Assembly (NCBI GenBank): GCA_963700145.1
Contig: OY969474.1
Location: 3,552,001-3,616,000, forward strand
Direction: 5' to 3'
Length of the DNA stretch: 64,000 nucleotides
Source of the DNA: an uncultured Acidobacteriota bacterium
Lineage (GTDB): Bacteria; Acidobacteriota; Thermoanaerobaculia; Multivoradales; UBA5704
Shown: one piece after another, positions 1 through 9,212 of the stretch
Numbering within the stretch: the first letter of the stretch is position 1
How the letters are laid out: each line of letters begins with the position of its first letter
Position numbers and translations under genes: made by a program
The notes under the pieces: generated by a model
The model's database searches: none
Seen by the model: only the letters and a program-made list of their open reading frames with translations
What the model was told of the DNA's origin: nothing

Positions 1-1
1 C

Positions 2-568
2 TTCGAGAGCTCGCGGCGCGCGGCGCTGGCGCAGGTCGCCTGGGCGCGCGCCAACCCGCGGCGCTGGCGCGGGCTCGGCGGCGCCGTTTGGGGGGTCACC
101 GCCTGCGACGGCCCGGCCGACGTCGAGCTCGAAGTCAACGGCGAGAAGCGCCGGTTCTGGACCTACGCCGGGCGCGGCGTCGGCCCCCATTACGACGTCG
201 ACGACGGCACCATCGCCCCCACCGCCGCCGGCGGCTCGCTGCCGTTCGTCCCCGCCGAGGCGACGGCCGCCCTCGCCGCGATGCGTCGCGACCACGGCGA
301 GCACCTCTTCGCCGCCTACGGTTTCCTCGACGCCTTCAACCCGACTTTCACCTTCACCGACGTGCCGGTGCGCCACGGCAAGGTGGTGCCCGGCGCCGGT
401 TGGTACGACACCGACTACCTCGGCATCGACCAGGGGCCGATCGTGGCCATGATCGAGAACCACCGCTCCGGGCTCGTCTGGCGGGTGATGCGTCGCGACC
501 CCGACCTGCGGCGCGGCCTCGAGCGGGCCGGCTTCGCGGGCGGATGGCTCGACGCGCCAGCCAACTGA
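2..568 (+). CDS. Glucoamylase-family / GH144-like beta-1,2-glucanase, 5'-partial
   Basis: Frame open from the window edge; WGVTACDGP, DDGTIAPTAAGGSLPF, YGFLDAFN and YLGIDQGPIVAMIENHRSG motifs. Confidence 0.85.
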   Translation, partial: FESSRRAALAQVAWARANPRRWRGLGGAVWGVTACDGPADVELEVNGEKRRFWTYAGRGVGPHYDVDDGTIAPTAAGGSLPFVPAEATAALAAMRRDHGEHLFAAYGFLDAFNPTFTFTDVPVRHGKVVPGAGWYDTDYLGIDQGPIVAMIENHRSGLVWRVMRRDPDLRRGLERAGFAGGWLDAPAN

Positions 569-1848
569 GCCCGGCGGTCTTCGGGCTCCTGGCCCTCGCG
601 CTCGCCGCCTGCGGCGCTCGCGAGCCCGACCCTAACCTCGTCCGCTTCTGGGCCTTCGGGCGCGAGGGGGAGATGGTCCGCGAGCTGGTCCCCGAGTTCG
701 AGCGCCGCCACCCCGGCGTGCGGGTCGAGCTGCAGCAGGTGCCGTGGACGGCGGCGCACGAGAAGCTGCTGACGGCGCACGTCGGCAACGCCACCCCCGA
801 CGTCGCGCAGCTCGGCAACACCTGGGTCCCTGAGTTCGTGGCGCTGGAGGCGCTGGCGCCGCTCGACGAGCGGCTCGCCGCCGCGCCGGCGTTCGCGCGC
901 GGCGACTACTTCGCCGGCGCCTGGGACTCGAACGTGGTGGACGGCGTCACCTGGGGCCTCCCCTGGTACGTCGACACGCGCGTCCTCTTCTACCGCACCG
1001 ACCTGGTGGCCGCGAGTGGCGCCCCCTGGCCGCCGCGCACCTGGGCGGAGTGGCGGCAGGCGATGGCGCGGATCAAGCAGCGCGGCGGCGCGGAGCGCTA
1101 CGCCATCCTGCTGCCGGTCGACGAGTGGGACAAGCCGGTGTTCCTCGGGCTCCAGGCCGGCGCCACCCTGCTCGACGTCGAGGGTCGGCGCGGCGCCTTC
1201 CGCGACCCGCGCTTCCGCCGCGCCATGGCCTTCTACACCGACCTCTTCGCCGCCAGGCTCGCGCCGCCGGTCACCTCGAGCGGCGTCGCCAACCTCTACC
1301 AGCAGTTCGAGGAGGGGTACTTCGCGATGGTGGTGACCGGCCCCTGGAACCTGGGGGAGTTCCGCAAGCGGCTGCCGGCGGACATGCAGCAGCGCTGGGC
1401 CACCGCGCCGCTGCCGGCCCCCGACGCGGCCGCCGGCTACCCGGGAGTCTCGCTCGCCGGCGGCGCCAGCCTGGTCATCTTCCGCCACGCCGCCGAGCAC
1501 GACGCCGCCTGGCGCCTCGTCGAGTTCCTCTCCGCGCCGGCGCAGCAGGCCCGCTTCTACGAGCTGACCGGCGACCTGCCGTCGCGCCGCTCGGCCTGGG
1601 CGCGCACCGACCTCGACGCCGACCCCCGCGCCGCCGCCTTCCGCGAGCAGCTCGGGGCGCTCGCCTCGCTCCCCAAGGTGCCGGAGAGCGAGCAGATCGT
1701 GGCCCGCGTCGCCGAGGCGGTCGAGCAGGTGGTGCGCGGCAGCAAGACGCTCGACGAGGCGCTCGCCGCCCTCGACGCCGACGTCGACCGCATGCTGGAG
1801 AAGCGGCGCTGGCTGCTGGAAAGGAAGGCTGAGGAGGCCCGCCCGTGA
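544..1848 (+). CDS. Sugar ABC transporter substrate-binding lipoprotein
   Basis: ATG at 544; lipobox LAAC; PDVAQLG, LPWYVDTRVLFYR and AMVVTGPW motifs. Confidence 0.92.
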   Translation: MARRASQLSPAVFGLLALALAACGAREPDPNLVRFWAFGREGEMVRELVPEFERRHPGVRVELQQVPWTAAHEKLLTAHVGNATPDVAQLGNTWVPEFVALEALAPLDERLAAAPAFARGDYFAGAWDSNVVDGVTWGLPWYVDTRVLFYRTDLVAASGAPWPPRTWAEWRQAMARIKQRGGAERYAILLPVDEWDKPVFLGLQAGATLLDVEGRRGAFRDPRFRRAMAFYTDLFAARLAPPVTSSGVANLYQQFEEGYFAMVVTGPWNLGEFRKRLPADMQQRWATAPLPAPDAAAGYPGVSLAGGASLVIFRHAAEHDAAWRLVEFLSAPAQQARFYELTGDLPSRRSAWARTDLDADPRAAAFREQLGALASLPKVPESEQIVARVAEAVEQVVRGSKTLDEALAALDADVDRMLEKRRWLLERKAEEARP

Positions 1849-2756
1849 GCGCCGTCCCGCGCGAGAGCACCGGCACGCCGAAAGAGGCGCGCGCCGCCTG
1901 GTGGCTGCTGGCGCCGGCGCTCGGCGCGATCGTCCTCTTCTTCGCCCTGCCGGTCGTGGCCGGGCTGCTCCTTTCCTTCACCGACTTCGACCTCTACGCC
2001 ATCGCCGATCCGGGGAACGCCCGCTTCGTCGGGCTCGGCAACTACGCCCGCCTGCTGCGCGATCCGCTCTTCTGGAAGGCGCTCGGCAACACCTTCCTCC
2101 TGGTGGCGGTCGGCGGCCCGCTGACCCTGGCGGTGGCGCTCGGCGGAGCGCTCCTCGTCAACTCGCGCCTGGCCCGCCTGCGCGGCCTCTACCGCACCAT
2201 CTTCTTCGCCCCGGTGGTGACGACGCTGGTGGCGGTGGCGGTCGTCTGGCGCGCCCTCTACCACCCGCGCTTCGGCCTCTTCAACCAGATCCTCGGCCTC
2301 TTCGGGATCCCCGAGATCGACTGGCTCGGCCATCCGCGCTGGGCGATGCTCGCCATCGTCCTGCTCTCGGTCTGGCGCAGCTTCGGCTACTACCTGGTGA
2401 TCCTGGTGGCCGGCCTGCAGGCGATCCCGGAGACGCTCTACGAGGCGGCGCGCCTCGACGGCGCCTCCTGGTGGCAGCAGCTCTGCCACATCACCCTGCC
2501 GCTGCTGCGGCCGACCCTGGTCTTCGCCGGCGTGATTATGACCGTCGGCTTCTTCCAGCTCTTCGCCGAGCCGTACGTGATGACCCGCGGCGGGCCGCTC
2601 AACGCGACGCTCTCGATCGCCCTCCTCATGTACCAGCAGGGCTTCCGCTGGTGGAACATGGGGCACGCGGCGGCGATCGCCTTCACCCTCTTCGCCCTGA
2701 TCCTGGCGACCTCGGCGCTGCAGGTCGGGCTGCGGCGGCGGGAGGCGCGGCGGTGA
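1845..2756 (+). CDS. Carbohydrate ABC permease 1
   Basis: Multiple TM segments; EAA loop LYEAARLDGA; GTGA overlap with upstream gene. Confidence 0.95.
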   Translation: MSAVPRESTGTPKEARAAWWLLAPALGAIVLFFALPVVAGLLLSFTDFDLYAIADPGNARFVGLGNYARLLRDPLFWKALGNTFLLVAVGGPLTLAVALGGALLVNSRLARLRGLYRTIFFAPVVTTLVAVAVVWRALYHPRFGLFNQILGLFGIPEIDWLGHPRWAMLAIVLLSVWRSFGYYLVILVAGLQAIPETLYEAARLDGASWWQQLCHITLPLLRPTLVFAGVIMTVGFFQLFAEPYVMTRGGPLNATLSIALLMYQQGFRWWNMGHAAAIAFTLFALILATSALQVGLRRREARR

Positions 2757-3574
2757 AGCGCCGCCTGCTCACGATCGCCGTCAACGCGGTACTGCTCCTG
2801 GCGGCGCTCCTCACCCTCCTGCCGCTCGCCTGGATGGTCTCGGCCTCCTTCATGCCCGCCGGCGAGGCCAACCAGCTGCCGCCGCGCTACCTGCCGAGCG
2901 CGCCGACGCTGGTCCACTACCAGACCCTCTTCGCCCGCCTCAACCTCGGGCGCGCCTTCCGCAACTCGCTCATCCTGGCGGTCGCGATCACCGCGGTCTC
3001 GGTGCTCTGCAACTCGATGGCCGGCTACGCCTTCGCCAAGCTCCGCTTCCGGGGGCGCGACCGCCTGTTCGCGCTGCTGCTGCTGACCCTGGTGGTGCCG
3101 CCGCAGGTCGGCATGCTGCCGCTCTACCTCGAGCTGCGCGCGTTCGGCTTGGTCAACAGCTACGGCGGCGTCGTGGTGGCGGCCATCGCCACCGTCTTCG
3201 GCATCTTCCTGGTGCGGCAGTTCGCTCTCGCAATCCCCGACGAGCTGCTCGACGCGGCGCGCATCGACGGCGCCTCGGAGTGGCGGATCTACTGGAACGT
3301 GGTGCTGCCGCTGCTGCGGCCGATCCTGGCCACCCTCGCGGTCTTCACCTTCCTGTCGTCGTGGAACGACTTCATGTGGCCGCTCATCGTGCTCACCGAC
3401 GAGCGCCTCCAGACCCTGCCGGTGGCCCTCGCCAACCTCTCCGGCGAGCACGTGCAGGACACCGAGCTGATGATGGCCGGCGCCGTGGTGACGGTGCTGC
3501 CGGTGCTCATCCTCTTCCTCGCCGCGCAGCGCCAGTACCTCGAAGGGATCCTGATGGGGGGTCTCAAGGAGTGA
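2753..3574 (+). CDS. Carbohydrate ABC permease 2
   Basis: GTG at 2753 (GTGA overlap); ELLDAARIDGA and WNDFMWPL motifs. Confidence 0.95.
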   Translation: MKRRLLTIAVNAVLLLAALLTLLPLAWMVSASFMPAGEANQLPPRYLPSAPTLVHYQTLFARLNLGRAFRNSLILAVAITAVSVLCNSMAGYAFAKLRFRGRDRLFALLLLTLVVPPQVGMLPLYLELRAFGLVNSYGGVVVAAIATVFGIFLVRQFALAIPDELLDAARIDGASEWRIYWNVVLPLLRPILATLAVFTFLSSWNDFMWPLIVLTDERLQTLPVALANLSGEHVQDTELMMAGAVVTVLPVLILFLAAQRQYLEGILMGGLKE

Positions 3575-6500
3575 GGCGCCTCCTCGCGGCGCTCCTCGCG
3601 GCCGGCTGCCTCGCGGCCCGCGGCGCCGAAGGGAACGGCGGTGCGAACGGCGGCGCCGGCGCGCCGGTGCGCTTCGACCTCTTCGACGCGAGCCGCTGGG
3701 AGGCCGCTCCCGCCGACGGCGTCGAGCTCCAGATCAACGCCGAGCCGACGAGCGGCGGCGAGCCGGCGCTCCGCCTCAGCTTCGACTTCCACGGCCGCGG
3801 TGGCTGGGCGGCGGCGCGGCTGCCGCTGGACCCGCCGCTCGCGCTGCCCCCCAACTGGGAGCTGCGCTTCCGCCTGCGGGGCGAAGCGCCGACCAATCAC
3901 CTCGAGGTCAAATTCGTCGACCCGACCGGCGAGAGCGTCTGGTGGTCGGTCATGCGCGACTACGAGCTCCCGCGCGAGTGGACGCCGATCCGCGTCAAGA
4001 AGCGGCAGGTGCAGTTCGCGTGGGGGCCGGCGGGCGGCGGCGAGCTCGAGCGGCTCGGCGCCCTGGAGATCACCGTCACCGCCGGCAGCGGCGGCAGCGG
4101 CCGGGTGTGGATCACCGACCTGGAGCTGGTGCCGCTGCCGCCGCCGCGTCCCTACGCCGGCACGCCGCGCGCCGCGGCGAGCGCGGAGATCCCCGGCCAC
4201 GCCGCCGGCCGCGCCCTCGACGGCGACCCCGCCACCGGCTGGCGCGCGCCCGCCGGCGCGGCGGCGTGGACCCTCGACTTCGGCGAGCCGCGCGAGCTGG
4301 GCGGGCTCACCCTGCGCTGGGAGGCGGGGCGGTCGCCGCGCGGCTTCGCCGTGGACCTCTCCGACGACGGCGCCGAGTTCCGCGAGGCCTGGGCCGCGCC
4401 GCGCGCCGGTGGCGCCCGCAACGACCTCTTCCTCCCCGACACCGAAACCCGCTTCGTGCGCCTGCGCCTCCCCGCCGAGGACCGCGAGCGCGGCCTCGCC
4501 GAGGTGGAGGTCCGCCCGCTCGCCTTCACCGAGTCGAAGAACCGCTTCTTCGAGACGATCGCCGCCGAGGCGCCGCGCGGCGCTTACCCGCGCGGCTTCT
4601 CCGGCGAGCAGGTGTACTGGACGCTGGCCGGGCGCGACGGCGACCCGGAGGAGGGGCTCTTCTCCGAGGACGGCGCGCTGGAGCCCGCCGAGAAGGCTCC
4701 GGCGCTGGAGCCCTTCGTCCACCTCGACGGCCGCCTCTGGAGCTGGGCCGACGTCGCGGCCGAGCAAAGCCTCGCCGACGGCGACCTGCCGATCCCGACC
4801 GTGGCCTGGCCGCTGCCAGGCGGGCTTCGCTTCGAGATCACGGCGCTCGCGCCGGAGATGGAAGAAGAGGCTTCAGGTGGGGGGTCGCTGGCCGTGCGCT
4901 ACCGGCTGCGCAACACCGGCGACGCGCCGCGCGACGGGACGCTGTTCGTCGCCGCGCGACCGTTCCAGGTGAACCCGCCTCAACAGTTCCTCAACGTCTC
5001 GGGCGGGGTGGCGCGGCTGGCGCGCGCCGCCTGCGCGGGCGCAACGCTGTCGCTCGACGAGCGCCGCGTCGTCGCCGCGCCGGCGCCGGATAGGTGCGGC
5101 GCCGTGGCCTTCGACGAAGGCTCGATCACCGACTGGCTCGCGCGCGGCGAAGTCCCGCGCGAGGCCGCGGTCGAGGACCCCTTCGGCCACGCCTCCGCCG
5201 CCCTTACCTGGTCTTTCCACCTGCCGCCGGGAGGAAGCCGCGAGATCGTGCTCACGATCTCCTCCGGTGCCGCCGCCGCGGAGCCGATCGACCCCGCCCG
5301 CTTCGCCGCCCTCGAAGCCGCCGCCCGCGCCGCCTGGCGCGCGCGCCTCGACCGCGTCGAGCTGCGCCTGCCGCCCGAGGCCGAGCCGCTCCTGCGCACC
5401 CTCCGCACCGGCCTCGCCGCCATCCTCATCCACCGCGACGGCCCGGCGATCCAGCCCGGCTCGCGCGCCTACGCCCGCTCCTGGATCCGCGACGGCGCGC
5501 TGACGGGCGGCGCCCTCCTCCGCCTCGGCCACGCCGACGCCGCGCTCGACTTCGCCGAGTGGTTTGCCGGCTTCCAGTACCCCGACGGCAGGGTCCCCTG
5601 CTGCGTCGACCGCAGCGGCGCCGGCGCGGTGCCGGAGCACGACAGCGACGGCGAGTGGATCCACCTCGTCTCCGAGGTCTACCGCTACACCGGCGACCGC
5701 GCCTTCGCCGAGCGCATGCTCCCCGGCGTCGAGCGGGCGGTGGCGCACCTCGACGCCCTGCGCGCCGCCCGCCGCACCCCCGAGTACGAATCGGGCGACA
5801 AGCGCCTCTTCTTCGGCCTCCTCCCCGAGTCGATCAGCCACGAGGGCTACTCGGCGAAGCCCATGCACTCCTACTGGGACGACGCCTTCGCCTACCGCGG
5901 CTACGCCGACGCCGCAGCGCTGGCGGCGGCGCTCGGGCGCGCCGATCTCGCCGCGCGCTGGGGGGCGAGCCGCGACGAGTTCCGCGCCGACCTCCTCGCC
6001 TCGCTCGACCTCGCCCGCGCCCGGCACGGCATCGACTACCTCCCCGGCGCCGCCGAGCTGGGGGACTTCGACGCCACCTCGACGACCGTGCTCGTCGAGC
6101 CCGGCGGGCTCGACGCGGCGCTGCCGCCCGCCGCGCTCACCGCGACCTTCGAGCGCTACTGGCAGGAGTTCGTCGCGCGCCGCGACGGCCTCCGCGCCTG
6201 GGACGTCTATACGCCGTACGAGCTGCGCCAGGTCGGCACCTTCGTCCGCCTCGGCTGGCGCGAGCGGGCGCACGAGCTGCTCGACTTCTTCCTCGAAGGG
6301 CGGCGGCCGCCGGCCTGGAACCAGTGGGCCGAGGTGGTGGGGCGGGAGCCGCGCGCGCCGCGCTTCATCGGCGACCTGCCGCACGGCTGGGTGGCCTCCG
6401 ACTTCGCGCGCAGCCTCCTCGACCTCCTCGCCTACGAGCGGCGGAGCGACGGTGCCCTCGTCCTCGCCGCCGGCGTGCCGCGCGCCTGGCTCGCCCCGGG

Positions 6501-6702
6501 GCAAGAGGTCGGCGTGCGCAGCCTCCACACCCCCTGGGGGCCGCTCGCCTACTCGCTGCGCGGCGAGCGCGGGCGCGTCGCCGTGCGCGTCGAGGCGCTG
6601 GCGGCGGCGCCGCCGGGCGGCGTCCTCCTCGCCCTGCCGGACCTGCCGCCGCGGCCGCTCGCCGCGCTGCCGGCCGACTTCGCCGTCGAGGTCCCCTGGT
6701 GA
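3571..6702 (+). CDS. Secreted discoidin (F5/8 C) domain protein with C-terminal six-hairpin glycosidase-like domain
   Basis: GTG at 3571, signal peptide; ALDGDPATGW...WTLDFG discoidin motif; YARSWIRDG and SISHEGY catalytic-type region. Confidence 0.8.
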   Translation: MRRLLAALLAAGCLAARGAEGNGGANGGAGAPVRFDLFDASRWEAAPADGVELQINAEPTSGGEPALRLSFDFHGRGGWAAARLPLDPPLALPPNWELRFRLRGEAPTNHLEVKFVDPTGESVWWSVMRDYELPREWTPIRVKKRQVQFAWGPAGGGELERLGALEITVTAGSGGSGRVWITDLELVPLPPPRPYAGTPRAAASAEIPGHAAGRALDGDPATGWRAPAGAAAWTLDFGEPRELGGLTLRWEAGRSPRGFAVDLSDDGAEFREAWAAPRAGGARNDLFLPDTETRFVRLRLPAEDRERGLAEVEVRPLAFTESKNRFFETIAAEAPRGAYPRGFSGEQVYWTLAGRDGDPEEGLFSEDGALEPAEKAPALEPFVHLDGRLWSWADVAAEQSLADGDLPIPTVAWPLPGGLRFEITALAPEMEEEASGGGSLAVRYRLRNTGDAPRDGTLFVAARPFQVNPPQQFLNVSGGVARLARAACAGATLSLDERRVVAAPAPDRCGAVAFDEGSITDWLARGEVPREAAVEDPFGHASAALTWSFHLPPGGSREIVLTISSGAAAAEPIDPARFAALEAAARAAWRARLDRVELRLPPEAEPLLRTLRTGLAAILIHRDGPAIQPGSRAYARSWIRDGALTGGALLRLGHADAALDFAEWFAGFQYPDGRVPCCVDRSGAGAVPEHDSDGEWIHLVSEVYRYTGDRAFAERMLPGVERAVAHLDALRAARRTPEYESGDKRLFFGLLPESISHEGYSAKPMHSYWDDAFAYRGYADAAALAAALGRADLAARWGASRDEFRADLLASLDLARARHGIDYLPGAAELGDFDATSTTVLVEPGGLDAALPPAALTATFERYWQEFVARRDGLRAWDVYTPYELRQVGTFVRLGWRERAHELLDFFLEGRRPPAWNQWAEVVGREPRAPRFIGDLPHGWVASDFARSLLDLLAYERRSDGALVLAAGVPRAWLAPGQEVGVRSLHTPWGPLAYSLRGERGRVAVRVEALAAAPPGGVLLALPDLPPRPLAALPADFAVEVPW

Positions 6703-9161
6703 TGCCGCCCGCGCCCGGCGGCGGCGCCCCGCTCGCCCCCTGCCGCTACGGCCACTTCACGCCCGACGGCCGCGAGTACGTGATCACCGATCCGCGCACC
6801 CCGCGCCCGTGGGCCAACGTCATCGCCAACCCGCGCGTCGGCCTCGCCGTGTCGCAGACCGGCAGCGGCTTCTCCTGGATCGACAACTCGCAGCTCGCGG
6901 CGATCGTGCGCTGGCAGCAGGACCTGGTCGCGGACCGCTCCGGCCGCTTCCTCTACCTGCGCGACCTCGACTCCGGCGACGTCTGGTCGCTCGCGCCGGC
7001 GCCCTGCTGGCCGGCCTACGAGCGCTTCGCCTGCCGCCACGGGCATGGCTACACGACCTTCGAGAGCGAGCACTTTGGCGTCGCCGCCGAGTGGACGCTC
7101 TTCGTCGACGTCGAGGCGACCGTCGAGCTCTGGCGGCTCACCCTGCGCGACACCGCCGGCCGGCCCCGGCGCCTCGCCGTCGTCCCGTACCTGGAATGGA
7201 ACTGCGGCACCTCGCCGGCGCCGCGGCGCGAGTTCCAGAAGCTCTTTCTCGAGACCCGCTGGGACGCCGCGCGCGGCGCCGTTGCCGCCGGCAGCCACAT
7301 GTGGGAGGTGCCGTCGCCGCGCTGGGGGCACTGGAACACCAGCTTCCCCTACTGGAGCGCCTTCGCCGCCGCGCAGCCGGTGGCGGCGGCGACCGGCGAC
7401 AAGGGGGAGTTCCTCGGCCGCTACGGGAGCTGGGCGCGCCCGGCGGCGCTTTCCGGCGCCCCCTGGCGCCCGCTCTTCGGCCGCCACGCCGACCCGGTGG
7501 CGGCGCTCGCCTGCGAGGTGGCGCTCCCCGCCGGCGGGAGCTTCGAGGGCGGCTTCGTCCTCGCCACCGCCGAGGCGTCCGACGGCTCGCCGGAGCCGGC
7601 GCTGGCGCTCGCCGCGCGCTTCGCGTCGCCGGCGGCGATGGACGGTGCGCTCGCCGCGGTGCGCGCGGCGTGGGCGGAGCGGCTCGCCGGCCACCGCGTC
7701 GCGACGCCGGAGCCGACCCTCGACGTCCTGGCCAACGACTGGCTGCGGTACCAGGCGATCTCGGCCCGCCTCTGGGGTCGCTGCGGCTACTACCAGCAGA
7801 GCGGCGCCTACGGCTACCGCGACCAGCTCCAGGACTCGCAGGTCTGGCTCACCATCGACCCGGCGCGCTGCCGCGAGCAGGCGAAGCTCCACGCCGCGCA
7901 CCAGTTCGCCGACGGCTCGGTCGTCCACTGGTGGCACCCGCTGACCGAGCAGGGGCACGTCACGCGGATGAGCGACGATCTCCTCTGGCTCGCCTACGTC
8001 CTGGCGAGCTACATCAAGGAGACCGGCGACTTCACGGTGCTCGACGAGCGCGCGCCCTTCCTCGACGATCCCGAGCCGGCGACCCTGCGCGAGCACGTGG
8101 CGCGCGCCTTCGCGCGGGTCGAGCGGCGCACCGGGCCGCGCGGCCTGCCCTACATCGGCGCCGGCGACTGGAACGACGGCCTCTCGGCGCTCGGCCTCGA
8201 GGAGCGCGGCGAGTCGGTGTGGCTGGCGGAGTTCCTGGCCGGCCTCTACGCCGATTGGGCGGAGGTCCACCGCCGCACCGGCGATCCGGAGCGGGCGGCG
8301 GCGCTCGCGGCGCGCCGCGAGGGGCTCGTCGCGGCGGTCAACGAGCACGCCTGGGACGGCGGCTGGTACCGGCGCGCGACCCGCGACGACGGCGGCTGGA
8401 TCGGCGGCCGCGACAGCCGCTACGGCCGGATCTTCCTCAACCCGCAGACCTGGGCGGTGCTGGCCGACGTGGCGCCGCCGGAGCGCGCCCGCGCCTGCCT
8501 GGCGGCGGTGCGCGAGCACCTGCTGACGCCGGCCGGCGCGCTCCTCCTGGCGCCGGCCTGGGCCGAGCCGGACGCCGCCGTCGGCTACATCACCCGCTAC
8601 GCCCCCGGCATGCGCGAGAACGGCGGCGTCTACACCCACGCCGCGGTGTGGGCGATCGCCGCCGCGGCCAAGGCCAAGGACGCCGAGCTGGTGGCGGCGC
8701 TCCTCGCCGCCATCGACCCGACGCGCCACGACCCGGAGTCCTACTGGGCTGAGCCGTACGTCCTGCCCGGCAACGTCGACGGCCCCGCGTCCCCCTTCCA
8801 CGGCCGCGCCGGCTGGACCTGGTACACCGGCGCCGCCGCCTGGCTGCCGCGCGTTCTCAGCGAGTGGGTCCTTGGCGTGCGCCCGACCTGGGACGGGCTC
8901 CTCTTCGACCCCTGCCTGCCGCCCGGTTGGCCGGGCGCCCGCATGGAACGCCCCTGGCGCGGGGCCCGGCTAGAGGTGGAGATCACGCGTGGGGAGCGGG
9001 CGGGTGTGCGGGTGAACGGCGAGGAGCTCGACGGCGGGCTGCTGCGGGAAGTCGAGCCGGGCGCCACGTACCGGATCGAAGTCGAGACCCCGAGCCTTGT
9101 CCAGACCCCCAGCCTTGTCATTCCGAGCGAAGCCGAGGAATCTGGGCGGGGGAAAGGTTAG
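6702..9161 (+). CDS. GH94 glycoside phosphorylase
   Basis: ATG overlapping upstream stop; PWANVIAN, QSGAYGYRDQLQD, GDWND, ENGGVYTH and WYTGAA motifs. Confidence 0.92.
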   Translation: MPPAPGGGAPLAPCRYGHFTPDGREYVITDPRTPRPWANVIANPRVGLAVSQTGSGFSWIDNSQLAAIVRWQQDLVADRSGRFLYLRDLDSGDVWSLAPAPCWPAYERFACRHGHGYTTFESEHFGVAAEWTLFVDVEATVELWRLTLRDTAGRPRRLAVVPYLEWNCGTSPAPRREFQKLFLETRWDAARGAVAAGSHMWEVPSPRWGHWNTSFPYWSAFAAAQPVAAATGDKGEFLGRYGSWARPAALSGAPWRPLFGRHADPVAALACEVALPAGGSFEGGFVLATAEASDGSPEPALALAARFASPAAMDGALAAVRAAWAERLAGHRVATPEPTLDVLANDWLRYQAISARLWGRCGYYQQSGAYGYRDQLQDSQVWLTIDPARCREQAKLHAAHQFADGSVVHWWHPLTEQGHVTRMSDDLLWLAYVLASYIKETGDFTVLDERAPFLDDPEPATLREHVARAFARVERRTGPRGLPYIGAGDWNDGLSALGLEERGESVWLAEFLAGLYADWAEVHRRTGDPERAAALAARREGLVAAVNEHAWDGGWYRRATRDDGGWIGGRDSRYGRIFLNPQTWAVLADVAPPERARACLAAVREHLLTPAGALLLAPAWAEPDAAVGYITRYAPGMRENGGVYTHAAVWAIAAAAKAKDAELVAALLAAIDPTRHDPESYWAEPYVLPGNVDGPASPFHGRAGWTWYTGAAAWLPRVLSEWVLGVRPTWDGLLFDPCLPPGWPGARMERPWRGARLEVEITRGERAGVRVNGEELDGGLLREVEPGATYRIEVETPSLVQTPSLVIPSEAEESGRGKG

Positions 9162-9212
9162 CCGTGGGCTCCCCCCGCCCAGATCCCTCGGCTACGCTCG
9201 GGATGACAAGGC
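9112..9212. repeat. Palindromic repeat element with ~41-bp imperfect inverted arms
   Basis: GCCTTGTCATTCCGAGCGAAGCCGAGGAATCTGGGCGGGGG ... CCCCCGCCCAGATCCCTCGGCTACGCTCGGGATGACAAGGC. Confidence 0.85.
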
